A model generated the notes under the pieces. That model did not search any database, had not been told where the DNA came from, and worked only from the letters and a program-made list of their open reading frames with translations. This document shows positions 41,196 to 50,531 of a stretch of 55,186 bases of DNA, in pieces. This DNA is from a virus (taxonomy: Duplodnaviria; Caudoviricetes), in IMG/VR virus record IMGVR_UViG_3300029893_000267, positions 1 to 55,186 of that record, one strand, 5' to 3'. Position 1 is the first letter of the stretch, and each line of letters begins with the position of its first letter. Both the position numbers and the translations under genes were made by a program.

Positions 41196-42311
41196 ATGAA
41201 ATTCCCTTATATTAAAACAATTGATGACATTTATCCTTATGTTAAGGATAAAAAAGAAATTAAATTTTCCAAACAATCTAATGAAACAATTATCGGATGT
41301 TATAATTTTTCTGATTCAAAAACTTTTGATTCCGAATATGTATTAGAATGTAGAGGAATTGCCTTTGATGATAATGGAAATATCATTTCTCGCCCTATGG
41401 AAAAATTTTTTAATATAGGAGAAAAATATTCTGAAACTGTCGAAGAAGTGTTAAATGATAAAAAATTATCAACTATTTATAATAAATTAGATGGATCAAT
41501 GATAGCTTCTTCTTATTATAAAGGAGAAGTATTATTTCGTTCTAAGAAATCTTTTACTTCTGAAGTGGTTAAATTATCAAATCAAATTATATCAAGAGAT
41601 CAATTTAATTTTTGTAAAGTATTATCTAAAAATAATTTTACCGCAATTTTTGAATTAACTCATCCAAGTGCAAGAATTGTTGTAAAATATGAATTTCCTA
41701 AACTAACTTTACTTCATGTTAGGAATAATTTTACTGGAGAATATTTAAATAACGATTCATTTATATTAAATTTAATTGAAAAATATAATATAGAAAAAGT
41801 TAAACAATATTCTTTAGAAGAAATAAATAAAATAATTTCAAATAAAAATAATATTGTTAATATGGAAGGATTCGTTTTTGAATATGAAGATTTTCAAAAG
41901 AAAAAATTTAAACTTCCTTGGTATCTTCGTTATCATCATGCCATAACTTTTTTAAGAGAACGAGATATTGCATTATTAATTCTTAATGAAGAAGTGGATG
42001 ATATAAAATCTATGTTGTCTGAAATAGATATAAAATTATCAGATATAGAAAAAATTGAAACAAAAATTAAAAACGACATTATTAGCATTTCAGATGAAAT
42101 AGAAGAAATTTATAACGAATCTTATCATTTAGACCGTAAATTTTTTGCTATTAAATACAATTCTCATCCTTATTTTGGGATGTTAATGGCAAAATATTTA
42201 GGAAAAGAATTTGAAATTAAAGATTGGTATATTAAACATAAATTAAAAGAGTTATTTAGTTTGGAAGTATTAGGCTCTTCTATATCTAAAGAAATTTTAG
42301 ATGAACAATAA
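41196..42311 (+). CDS. RNA ligase 1 (T4 RnlA-like)
   Basis: ECRGI.F, SRPMEKFFN.GE, KLDGSMI, RSK.S, FE..HP..RIVVKY, EGFV, K.K..WY...H. Confidence 0.9.
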   Translation: MKFPYIKTIDDIYPYVKDKKEIKFSKQSNETIIGCYNFSDSKTFDSEYVLECRGIAFDDNGNIISRPMEKFFNIGEKYSETVEEVLNDKKLSTIYNKLDGSMIASSYYKGEVLFRSKKSFTSEVVKLSNQIISRDQFNFCKVLSKNNFTAIFELTHPSARIVVKYEFPKLTLLHVRNNFTGEYLNNDSFILNLIEKYNIEKVKQYSLEEINKIISNKNNIVNMEGFVFEYEDFQKKKFKLPWYLRYHHAITFLRERDIALLILNEEVDDIKSMLSEIDIKLSDIEKIETKIKNDIISISDEIEEIYNESYHLDRKFFAIKYNSHPYFGMLMAKYLGKEFEIKDWYIKHKLKELFSLEVLGSSISKEILDEQ

Positions 42312-42394
42312 GGAAATTATGGATTTAGAAATATATTTAATTATTGGAAGAATGATTATAATTACTATTTATTATTTAAATATAGTTTTAAAAA

Positions 42395-42402
42395 TATAAA
42401 TA
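42395..42402 (+). promoter_or_regulatory. T4-type late promoter (TATAAATA)
   Basis: Exact motif upstream of AGGA RBS and ATG 42425. Confidence 0.75.
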
Positions 42403-42424
42403 TTATAATCAATTAGGAAATTTT

Positions 42425-43162
42425 ATGAAAACATACTCTCAATTATTAACAGAAATTTATAAACACGATAAAATAAAAAGTGTTCATATTTGGCACGGTT
42501 CGCAATATTTTAATGCTTGTGGAGCTGGATATGAACAAGTAGATGGAGAAATATTTGAAAATATTATTCATAATTGGAGTAAGATCAATGATAATGAGGA
42601 TTTAGGAAAATCTGTTAATGAAATTCAAGAGCATCTTCATTCATATCATAAAAGTTCAGACGAAGATAGAAAGCATTTAGATAAATACCATAATTATTCT
42701 TCAAGAGAACTTAATAATAGATTAATGGATCATCATAAAAACGAGGAAAAAATTCCCAATAAAATTTTGGGACACGATATAAAGGGATTAGATAAAGCTA
42801 TTTCTAAGAATAAGATAAATCATGATATGCATGTTTATTCTGGTATTTCTTTTAATCCTAAAGAAGAAATGAATTCTGAAGGAAAAGTTCATGTTCCTGG
42901 TTATTTATCAACTTCTATAAGTAAGAAAATTGCCGAACATTTTGCTGATAAAAATGAATTAGATGATGGTTCTAAACATATTCTTCATATACATCTTAAA
43001 AAAGGACAAAAAGGAACTTATGTAGGTAAAAATTCTTCATATGATGAATACGAATTTTTGATGCCTAGAGGACATATTTTAAAAATTAATAAAACCCCAG
43101 ATGTTCATTTTAGCAATAAAGGTAAATTTCATGTTTGGCATGCAGAAATAGTTAAAAAATAA
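42425..43162 (+). CDS. VIP2/Alt-like ADP-ribosyltransferase with capsid-targeting-like leader
   Basis: LN..L, HVYSG, GYLSTS...A..F, ILHI, EYEFLMPRG; N-terminus MKTYSQLLTE. Confidence 0.8.
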   Translation: MKTYSQLLTEIYKHDKIKSVHIWHGSQYFNACGAGYEQVDGEIFENIIHNWSKINDNEDLGKSVNEIQEHLHSYHKSSDEDRKHLDKYHNYSSRELNNRLMDHHKNEEKIPNKILGHDIKGLDKAISKNKINHDMHVYSGISFNPKEEMNSEGKVHVPGYLSTSISKKIAEHFADKNELDDGSKHILHIHLKKGQKGTYVGKNSSYDEYEFLMPRGHILKINKTPDVHFSNKGKFHVWHAEIVKK

Positions 43163-43334
43163 TTTTAGGCTAGAAAATATTATGTTATTTATTCTGGTAA
43201 ATTTAGATTTTGTGAAATAGGGTTGGATATTAATTTAGAAGATGATTGTTGATATAAATTAAAAATTGGAGATGTTGTATTAATTTAAAAGAACATTGGA
43301 AGGATTATGGAATTAGATATTTTGAAAAATAAGC

Positions 43335-43363
43335 TTGACAACTATTTTATATTTTGATATACT
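43335..43363 (+). promoter_or_regulatory. sigma70-type promoter
   Basis: TTGACA-17-TATACT with extended TG. Confidence 0.85.
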
Positions 43364-43369
43364 TTATCC

Positions 43370-43498
43370 ATGAATACTAATATAAGAAATTTTGTTGCAA
43401 AATATTGTAATAGAATTAATAAACCAAAAATAGAAAAGTCTAAAAAAATCTATAATCGTAAAAAATTAAAAAATGTAAAATATGAAAAAGTGGATTGA
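43370..43498 (+). CDS. Small basic protein (42 aa), ArfA-like pattern, probably leaderless
   Basis: MNTNIRNFVAKYCNRINKPKIEKSKKIYNRKKLK...; ATG 7 nt after the -10 box, no RBS. Confidence 0.5.
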   Translation: MNTNIRNFVAKYCNRINKPKIEKSKKIYNRKKLKNVKYEKVD

Positions 43499-43573
43499 AG
43501 TATATCCAGAATTTAAAAACTTTTTAAATCCGAATATTTTATAAATGAATATAATAAAGAGTATAAAAATTGT

Positions 43574-43774
43574 ATGAATAACGAAAAAGATATTATAGAA
43601 AGAATTGACGAATTTAAAATATCTTCTTGGATAAATTTTTTGAGCGATATAGGAGACGGAGAATATGAAGCTTGTTATCAAATTTCGGATGAAACTTTAT
43701 TAGAAGATTGTAAAAAAGAGATTTTACGACAGCGATATATCATAGATAATTTATTGAAAAATATTGGTGAATAA
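43574..43774 (+). CDS. Hypothetical protein
   Basis: KDIIERI...LL.DC.KEI.R pattern typical of small phage early proteins. Confidence 0.55.
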   Translation: MNNEKDIIERIDEFKISSWINFLSDIGDGEYEACYQISDETLLEDCKKEILRQRYIIDNLLKNIGE

Positions 43775-43775
43775 T

Positions 43776-44027
43776 ATGACTTTTATTAGACATGAAAGAA
43801 ATGATTTTGTTGGAGATAATTTTTTAGAATATAAGTTGCCTATTAAAATATTAATGAGATATTTAGTAAAAAAGAAACAAACTCAATATTCCCCTATTAA
43901 GGAAATTTTATTATTAGAAGTTTCTCCTTCTAAAAATTATTTTAAGGCTAAATTTTTAAATAGTAAAGAAGAAGCTGATTGGTATCAATTAGAAGATTGG
44001 ATTTTTCTTGAAGAACTTGGAGAATAA
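43776..44027 (+). CDS. Hypothetical protein
   Basis: E...LEVSPS..Y.K...WY...LE.L; ATG just after the upstream stop. Confidence 0.55.
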   Translation: MTFIRHERNDFVGDNFLEYKLPIKILMRYLVKKKQTQYSPIKEILLLEVSPSKNYFKAKFLNSKEEADWYQLEDWIFLEELGE

Positions 44028-44029
44028 AC

Positions 44030-44194
44030 ATGTTTAATAAATTTTTAAAAGAATTGAATGAAACTTTAATGGTTATGGTAAGTATTATAGGGGTTCTAGT
44101 TTTGGTGTTTATGTTGGCTGGAATTTTTAATGAAATTAGTAAAAATTCTATTTCCGCCAATTTTGAAGATCAGACTATTTTTGAATTAAAATAA
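44030..44194 (+). CDS. Small membrane protein (54 aa)
   Basis: GGAG RBS; single hydrophobic segment. Confidence 0.5.
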   Translation: MFNKFLKELNETLMVMVSIIGVLVLVFMLAGIFNEISKNSISANFEDQTIFELK

Positions 44195-44209
44195 AAAAGA
44201 TTTTTTATT

Positions 44210-44437
44210 ATGAATAATAAAGTAATTTTAAATGAAACTCCCAAATATATTAAATTTGTTTGGTTGACCGGAAAATTAATGTTTTATTTTGGAATTGTTT
44301 TATTAGTATCTTTTATTTTTCATACTTTTACTTATCCTTATTTAACCTTTGCTATTGGAGGATGTTCTATTTTATTAGGAATTGTTTTAATTGGAATTGC
44401 TAAAATGCTAAATTGGTGGGAAACGGGAGGAGTATAA
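44210..44437 (+). CDS. Small membrane protein with two transmembrane segments
   Basis: Two hydrophobic segments. Confidence 0.6.
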   Translation: MNNKVILNETPKYIKFVWLTGKLMFYFGIVLLVSFIFHTFTYPYLTFAIGGCSILLGIVLIGIAKMLNWWETGGV

Positions 44438-44529
44438 AATAACTAGAAAAACTAAGAAACAAATCAAAGAAGAGGAAGATTTACAAAGACAAAAAGATTG
44501 AGAAATTTTTGTCGAATTATTGTAAATAG

Positions 44530-44558
44530 TTGATAATATATTAAGTCAATGATAGAAT
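44530..44558 (+). promoter_or_regulatory. sigma70-type promoter (near consensus)
   Basis: TTGATA-17-TAGAAT with extended TG. Confidence 0.6.
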
Positions 44559-44588
44559 TATTTTCAATTCTAAAATGAGGAAATAAAT

Positions 44589-44861
44589 ATGAATATTGAA
44601 CGAAATAATCTAAAAGACTTTATTTTTAATACTAATGGTGGATTCTTTTCTGTATTATTTGAAAAGAAAGATAAATCTTTTAGAAAAATGAATTGTAGAT
44701 TAGGAGTTAAAAAATATCTTAAATCAAATGGATCTTCTACCACTAGTCATATTCCTAAATATATTACTGTATATGATATGACAAAACGTTCTTATAGAAA
44801 TATTAATCTTGAAACGATTCAAAAAATTAAATTTAATGGCAACGAATACAAAATAATTTAA
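44589..44861 (+). CDS. WYL-like/SH3-fold small protein
   Basis: FFSV.F.KKD...R.MNCRLGVKK...VYD....YR.INL. Confidence 0.7.
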   Translation: MNIERNNLKDFIFNTNGGFFSVLFEKKDKSFRKMNCRLGVKKYLKSNGSSTTSHIPKYITVYDMTKRSYRNINLETIQKIKFNGNEYKII

Positions 44862-44894
44862 TAATGGCTACTAGATCAACTATTTTTATTATTA

Positions 44895-45392
44895 ATGAAG
44901 ACTAAACATTTTATTAATTTAACTAACGGAATTGAAGCTATTAAAGATTACTCATTAGAAGAATATTCTTTTATTAGAATTCAATCTTCTAAATGCGAAA
45001 GTAAGAAATGGGACGATATTATTCAAGAACTCGATTCAAATTTTTTGCTTAATTTAGCTCTTGGTAATAAATGTATAGTATACGATTTTTCTGCTAAACG
45101 AACTATTTCAAGGGCAATTTTTCAAGGAATTGAATTTATAAAATATGTTTTATATAAAAATTGGTTTAATGAAAAAATTGTTGTTTTCGTCAGAGGGAAC
45201 AATTGTTCTGAATATTTTGATAAGGCTTACAAAAATTTAAGTAAAAATAGTAAAAACAAATTAAAATATTATAAAAAATTTTTAAATTGTAATAAATTAA
45301 ATTTAGAAACAATTAGTAATAATACTTATATGGATGGGAAATACGAGTATTATTTTTCTATATTAAAAGAGATTAATAATGAATATCTTTAA
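44895..45392 (+). CDS. Conserved hypothetical protein
   Basis: HFINLTNGIE, FIRIQS..CE, LALG..C.VYD, RA..QG look like a conserved enzyme-like family; function not recognised. Confidence 0.6.
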   Translation: MKTKHFINLTNGIEAIKDYSLEEYSFIRIQSSKCESKKWDDIIQELDSNFLLNLALGNKCIVYDFSAKRTISRAIFQGIEFIKYVLYKNWFNEKIVVFVRGNNCSEYFDKAYKNLSKNSKNKLKYYKKFLNCNKLNLETISNNTYMDGKYEYYFSILKEINNEYL

Positions 45393-46023
45393 TGATAGAG
45401 ACATATCCATAACTAAACTTTTTATTGAATATGCTCTCAATGGACAATATAGAAAGTATTTTAATAAATATTACATAACTTATTGTATTTCTGTTGCTAG
45501 AATATTTTCTAATTTTACAAAAGATAAAGCTATTATAATTTTCACTCTTTGAAGATAATTTTCTTACTAGAGAAGATATTTTTAAACAGTTTAGTCCTTC
45601 TGTTTCTTATTATGTATTCAGAATACACTAAAATTTCTGTACAATATGAAAAAATTTATAAGAAAAAGTTTCTAATAGAAAGAAATAAACATTTAGTTGA
45701 TACTGTTCATTATTCTACTATTTATGAAGGTTCTAAATTAATAAAAACCGGGGATATTCTACATAATCCGACTTCTACATTTAAATATGATAAGAGTTTT
45801 GTAAAAGTTTATATTAAAGAATGTATTGATATTACAAAATCTTTAGGTGCTAAATGCTATTATCAAAAATTGTAGATATTGTCGGTAATAATCTAATAGA
45901 AAACTTCATGTTACATAAATTAATTATTTTATAGTTTTTGTTATTAGTGGATGCTAATTGTCTAATATCTCCTCCAGATCATGGAAAAGTTTAATGTTTT
46001 TTGGAATTTCTATTATGTATTAT

Positions 46024-46210
46024 TTTATATAGGAAATTAAAAATGAAAGAAAAATTAATTGAACAGATTGAAAACACAGTTTATCAATTATCTACTATTG
46101 TAGATGTAAGTTATAGTGCCAAAAAAGGATATATTGAAAAGATGAGAATTTTATTGAATCTATTTAAAATTGCTTTTGAAAGCGAAGAATTTAAACTTGT
46201 TACCAAATGA
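46024..46210 (+). CDS. Hypothetical protein
   Basis: AGGA RBS before MKEKLIEQ; start approximate. Confidence 0.45.
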
Positions 46211-46340
46211 ATAAACTTCCAACTTCTATTACTATTATAATTTCTGGAATATTAATAGTATTAAACACTCCAGAATGGAAATATTTTTTATTCGTTGCTC
46301 TTTTATTAGAACTTATTTCAATATATAAAAAGGAGAATTA

Positions 46341-46541
46341 ATGTTTATTAGAATTCCAGACACTAAAACTTCTTATTATGTTAATCTCCCAAAAGGAAGT
46401 GTTTTTTTTAAATCTTATTATGCATTTGAAGAAATTAAAAAAAGAATGAATTATAAATTTATAGATATCAAACAAAAAGAAAAATTATTTAACATTATTC
46501 ACTCACAAATTAAATATTATAAATTAACAGAGGAAATTTAA
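46341..46541 (+). CDS. Hypothetical protein
   Basis: AGGAG RBS; TAATG coupling. Confidence 0.55.
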   Translation: MFIRIPDTKTSYYVNLPKGSVFFKSYYAFEEIKKRMNYKFIDIKQKEKLFNIIHSQIKYYKLTEEI

Positions 46542-47110
46542 TGTTTATAAAATTAGAAAATAAAATTATTAATACAGACAGAGTTTATAAAATTAATAAA
46601 ATTACTAATTCTGATAATAAATACGTATTTTTTTATATAGATAATACAAAAAATATTTTTAATATTGAAGTAGAAGAATTTAAATTACTTTTCCATGAAT
46701 TTTTAAAGGTTTCTGATAGAGACAGGGGCGAAACTTTTGTTAATATTAAAAATATTTCTGATGTTAATTTAGATTCCGGTTTAATTACTTTTTATAATGG
46801 AGAATGGATTGTTTTCACAGAAAATAAAGAATATTTTAACATTCTTTTTGATAATAATCATCTTCAATCCTTAGTAGATAATTATTCTAAAGAAAATTTA
46901 GAAAAAGAATACTTAAAAATAAAAGAAGAAACTAAAGATTTATGGCTAAAAGATAAAAATATATCTGCTTTGCCAAAATATGTTTATAAACATGGAAAAG
47001 GATTTAAGTCTGTTATTAATGGAGTTTATATTGGAAGAAGAAAAACAGTAGAAGAGGTTCAATTAATGGTGGAAGAATATTTAAAAGAACATCCTGAAAT
47101 TATAGTATGA
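46541..47110 (+). CDS. Possible DNA-binding protein (LytTR-like repeats plus AP2-like C-terminus)
   Basis: FIK....INTDRV..I and FLKV....FVNIKNI..V repeats; PKYVY...GF...I.G.YIG...T.EE. Confidence 0.45.
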   Translation: MFIKLENKIINTDRVYKINKITNSDNKYVFFYIDNTKNIFNIEVEEFKLLFHEFLKVSDRDRGETFVNIKNISDVNLDSGLITFYNGEWIVFTENKEYFNILFDNNHLQSLVDNYSKENLEKEYLKIKEETKDLWLKDKNISALPKYVYKHGKGFKSVINGVYIGRRKTVEEVQLMVEEYLKEHPEIIV

Positions 47111-47370
47111 AATTATATCATGTAACAACTCCTAAAAAAGTTAAATTATATCATAACACTGGATATATTAAATCTCCTGTAAGAGGATTTACGACGATTC
47201 AATCTGCAATGGCATGGGCTATAAAAATAGGAAGAACTGTTATATTAGAATTTGAAGCAAATAATCCTTATAAATTACCAGACCATCATAATAAATATGG
47301 AGAAGCGTGGTGGAATGACGGAAATGTTTATAATTATAAATGTGTTTTTTCTGCAGACAAAGATGCCTAA
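47107..47370 (+). CDS. Small hypothetical protein, possible minimal ART/Tpt1-like fold
   Basis: LYHVT...GYI..PV..FT....A..WA...GR.VILE. Confidence 0.45.
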   Translation: MKLYHVTTPKKVKLYHNTGYIKSPVRGFTTIQSAMAWAIKIGRTVILEFEANNPYKLPDHHNKYGEAWWNDGNVYNYKCVFSADKDA

Positions 47371-47374
47371 ACTC

Positions 47375-47403
47375 TTGACAAAGTTAAAAATTTTTGATAT
47401 ACT
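47375..47403 (+). promoter_or_regulatory. sigma70-type promoter
   Basis: TTGACA-17-TATACT with extended TG. Confidence 0.85.
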
Positions 47404-47522
47404 TATCCATAAATAAAAGAAGGAGATAATACGAACGAAATTTAGGAAGATTGTCACAAATGGATATAAATTTCGGGATAGACTAATTAAAGATTTTGAA
47501 AAAATATTATAGGAGAATATTT

Positions 47523-48452
47523 ATGGCACATGAAGTAGAAAGTTTGGCATATGCAAATGAAGCTCCTTGGCATGGTCTAGGAACAAAAGTTCCGGATGAT
47601 ATTTCTCCGGATCAAATGCTAATTGTAGCAGGATTAGATTGGAAAGTTGAAAAACATCCTTCTTATGTTGTTATTGACAATGAGGCAATTCCTACAGGGC
47701 AATATTCGTTAGTAAGAAGCACCGATAAATCAATTCTTACTAATGTTTCTGAAGATTGGAATCCACTTCAAAATCATGAAGCTTTTGAATTTTTTAATGA
47801 TTTTGTATCGTTAGGAAATATGAAAATGGAATCGGCAGGATCATTGAAAAATGGACAAATGGTTTTTGCCCTTGCTAAAATTAATGATGGGTTTTCAGTA
47901 TTTGGAGAAGATGATATTGAATCTTATCTTCTTTTTTCAAATCCGCATCAGTACGGAAAAACTATTACGGTCAAATCTACCATGACTCGTGTAGTTTGTA
48001 TGAATACTATCACTGCTGCATTAAATACAGAATCAAAACGCGATGTTAAAATAAATCATTGCAAGAAATTTAATGCAGAACAAGTAAAAATGATGTTAGG
48101 AATGAACCATGAAAATCTAGTAAAATATAAGGAAATGGCAGAATTTCTAGGTTCCAAAAAATATAATGGAGAATCTGTTAAGGAATATTTTAATAAGATT
48201 TTTCCTGTTTCTGGAGATAAGAAAGCAATTTCTAAAAATGCAGAACTCGCATTAACTTATTTAGAAACTCAACCTGGACATGATATTGTTCCTGGTACTT
48301 GGTGGAATGCTTTTAATGCTATTACTTATATGAGTAACCATGTAATAGGGAGAAATGAAGAGACCAGAAAATATAATTTGCTTTATGGTAATTCGGTGAA
48401 TTTAATCCAACAAGCCGCAAATGAAGCTATTAAATTTGCTGAAGCTGCTTAA
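47523..48452 (+). CDS. DUF932-family phage/plasmid protein
   Basis: MAHEVE...PWHGLG, AGLDW.V, QN.EAF.FF, AGSL..G, YLL..N.H, RVVC.NT, GTWW.A.NA; AGGAG RBS before ATG 47523. Confidence 0.88.
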   Translation: MAHEVESLAYANEAPWHGLGTKVPDDISPDQMLIVAGLDWKVEKHPSYVVIDNEAIPTGQYSLVRSTDKSILTNVSEDWNPLQNHEAFEFFNDFVSLGNMKMESAGSLKNGQMVFALAKINDGFSVFGEDDIESYLLFSNPHQYGKTITVKSTMTRVVCMNTITAALNTESKRDVKINHCKKFNAEQVKMMLGMNHENLVKYKEMAEFLGSKKYNGESVKEYFNKIFPVSGDKKAISKNAELALTYLETQPGHDIVPGTWWNAFNAITYMSNHVIGRNEETRKYNLLYGNSVNLIQQAANEAIKFAEAA

Positions 48453-48472
48453 ATTATTTGACTTTTAATGAC

Positions 48473-48982
48473 ATGAACGTAGTATTAAAATCTATTAAGT
48501 TTATAGATTTAAAACATTATGGATTAGTTCGTAAGAGTTCTAATAAACCTTATATAACTCATCCTATATATGTAAGTTATATATTAATGTCGTACAAACA
48601 AAAATCTAAAAATTTAGATAAATTATTGGCAGCTTGCATTCTTCACGATGTTTTAGAAGATACTAATACTACTTTTGAAGAATTAGTTGAACAATTTGGA
48701 CCTTTAATTTCTTCTCTTGTTTTGGAATTAACTTCTGATAAGGAAGAAATTGAAAAGGTTGGTAAAAATGAATATTTAAAAATTAAAATAATAGGTATGT
48801 CTTCTTATGCATTAACTTTAAAACTTTGTGATAGGCTTGCTAATATAAGCGACAATCCAAAAATTTCTTATATAAATGATACCTTAGAATTAATGAATCA
48901 TATTAAAAAGAATAGAAAATTGTCTAAAACTCAAAAGAATTTAATTAAAGATATTTGTTTTATTTGCGAAAACAAAATCTGA
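48473..48982 (+). CDS. RelA/SpoT-type HD domain, stand-alone small alarmone hydrolase (Mesh1-like)
   Basis: H....RK....PYITHP..V, AA.ILHDVLEDT, V.ELT.D, K.CDRL.N; start uncertain (TTG 48458 or ATG 48473). Confidence 0.88.
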   Translation: MNVVLKSIKFIDLKHYGLVRKSSNKPYITHPIYVSYILMSYKQKSKNLDKLLAACILHDVLEDTNTTFEELVEQFGPLISSLVLELTSDKEEIEKVGKNEYLKIKIIGMSSYALTLKLCDRLANISDNPKISYINDTLELMNHIKKNRKLSKTQKNLIKDICFICENKI

Positions 48983-48999
48983 AATGATTAAATTGGAGA

Positions 49000-49248
49000 T
49001 TGAAAGTGAACAGTATTGATTTATTTTCTGTTGTCAAATATAACGGAGAAAATAATAATTTTGATTGTAAATATGTTTGTGTTGACGTAGAGGACGAAAA
49101 ATGTTATATTGAAGAAAACGATGATTTAGAATATATAGGGAATTTGGAAGATTTAATTATAACCGGATATGAAAATGTTAGAGGATGGGAAATTAGACTT
49201 TATTGGAATAGGTATAAAAAAGGGGTGAGGTATTTTTATAATGAATAA
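49000..49248 (+). CDS. Hypothetical protein
   Basis: GGAG RBS; ORF. Confidence 0.5.
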   Translation: MKVNSIDLFSVVKYNGENNNFDCKYVCVDVEDEKCYIEENDDLEYIGNLEDLIITGYENVRGWEIRLYWNRYKKGVRYFYNE

Positions 49249-49438
49249 ATTTTATGCTTACAAAAAATATTGTAAAGAAATAAAAAAAACAAAACTTTCT
49301 TCTTTTAAAGATCCGTATTTTAACGATTACATGAATGCAGTGGATAATATATTAAAAAATATATCTAACGAATATTCTTTAGAATTGGGGGAATTAAAAG
49401 AATTAATTATATTTGCTTTAAGAAGAAAACTTAAATAA
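49241..49438 (+). CDS. Hypothetical protein
   Basis: GAGG RBS; overlap with upstream ORF. Confidence 0.5.
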   Translation: MNKFYAYKKYCKEIKKTKLSSFKDPYFNDYMNAVDNILKNISNEYSLELGELKELIIFALRRKLK

Positions 49439-49448
49439 GAGATAAATG

Positions 49449-49477
49449 TTGACAATCTTTAATTAATTTGTTATAAT
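49449..49477 (+). promoter_or_regulatory. sigma70-type promoter
   Basis: TTGACA-17-TATAAT with extended TG. Confidence 0.88.
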
Positions 49478-49505
49478 GATGGTTCTTTAAATTTGTAAGA
49501 AAACT

Positions 49506-50531
49506 ATGAAATATTCTCAACTATCTCCTAATCATAAATATATTGTAGGGTTGATTGCTAAAGAATTTCCTGAAGTACTTTCCACCAATAAAGTTAATAG
49601 AAAGCAACTTGTGCAAGTAATGGAAAAGTTTAATATTAAAAGTGCCGCTTGGTTAACTAATCCAGGAAATACTATTTCCAGGGGCATTTATAAATTTCCG
49701 GAATTTGATATTAATAATATTTCTTCTGAAGATTCTAATGAAGAATCTGAGAATATTGTAATAAATAATTCAGAAAAATCTGATGAAGAGATTGATATTG
49801 ATATTAGAGAAAGATTTCTCGCAATGAACGAATTTGTGATTTCTGTGGCAGAACAGAAGCATCGTTCGCTTATTATTTCAAGTCCTCCTGGCATTGGTAA
49901 AACTGAAGGAGTAATGAGAATACTTGATAAACATGGATTTGAATACAATTTTGTATCAGGGTCTGCTTCTGCAGTAGGTATTTATGAAATGTTATACGCA
50001 AACAGGGCACCTAATCAAATAGTAATTTTTGATGACTGTGACAGACCGTTTTTTGATGAAGAATCTCTAAATGTATTAAAAAAAGCGTGTGATACGAAAA
50101 AAGTAAGAACTATTTCATGGCTTAAAAAATCTTCGCTATTTGATGAAGAAGGAGAGCCAATTCCAAAACAATTTTACTATGAAGGTTCTTGTATTTTTAT
50201 TACTAATAAAGATTTGTATGAAATGTCTAAAAGTGGTAATAAAAATTGTGAGCATATTGAAGCAATTATTACACGGTCTCTTTATGTTCATCTTGGGATT
50301 CGCACTGCTAGAGAATACTTGATTAGAATTAATCAAGTATTAGAAGAAGGCATGCTCAGGAAAGAAGGAATTTCTAAGCAAGAAGAAAATGAAATTATGG
50401 GATTTATTTATGAACATAAAGATAAACTCATTGATCTTTCTCTAAGAATGGTGTTGAAGATTGCTTCTATCTATAAAAATAACTATGATAATTGGAAAAC
50501 TCTAGCTAAAGTGGCTTGTTTTAAAGTATGA
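49506..50531 (+). CDS. AAA+ ATPase with N-terminal putative DNA-binding domain
   Basis: Walker A SPPGIGKT, Walker B IVIFDDCD, IFITN sensor, A..TR; SLR..LK; N-terminal RGIY. Confidence 0.85.
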   Translation: MKYSQLSPNHKYIVGLIAKEFPEVLSTNKVNRKQLVQVMEKFNIKSAAWLTNPGNTISRGIYKFPEFDINNISSEDSNEESENIVINNSEKSDEEIDIDIRERFLAMNEFVISVAEQKHRSLIISSPPGIGKTEGVMRILDKHGFEYNFVSGSASAVGIYEMLYANRAPNQIVIFDDCDRPFFDEESLNVLKKACDTKKVRTISWLKKSSLFDEEGEPIPKQFYYEGSCIFITNKDLYEMSKSGNKNCEHIEAIITRSLYVHLGIRTAREYLIRINQVLEEGMLRKEGISKQEENEIMGFIYEHKDKLIDLSLRMVLKIASIYKNNYDNWKTLAKVACFKV

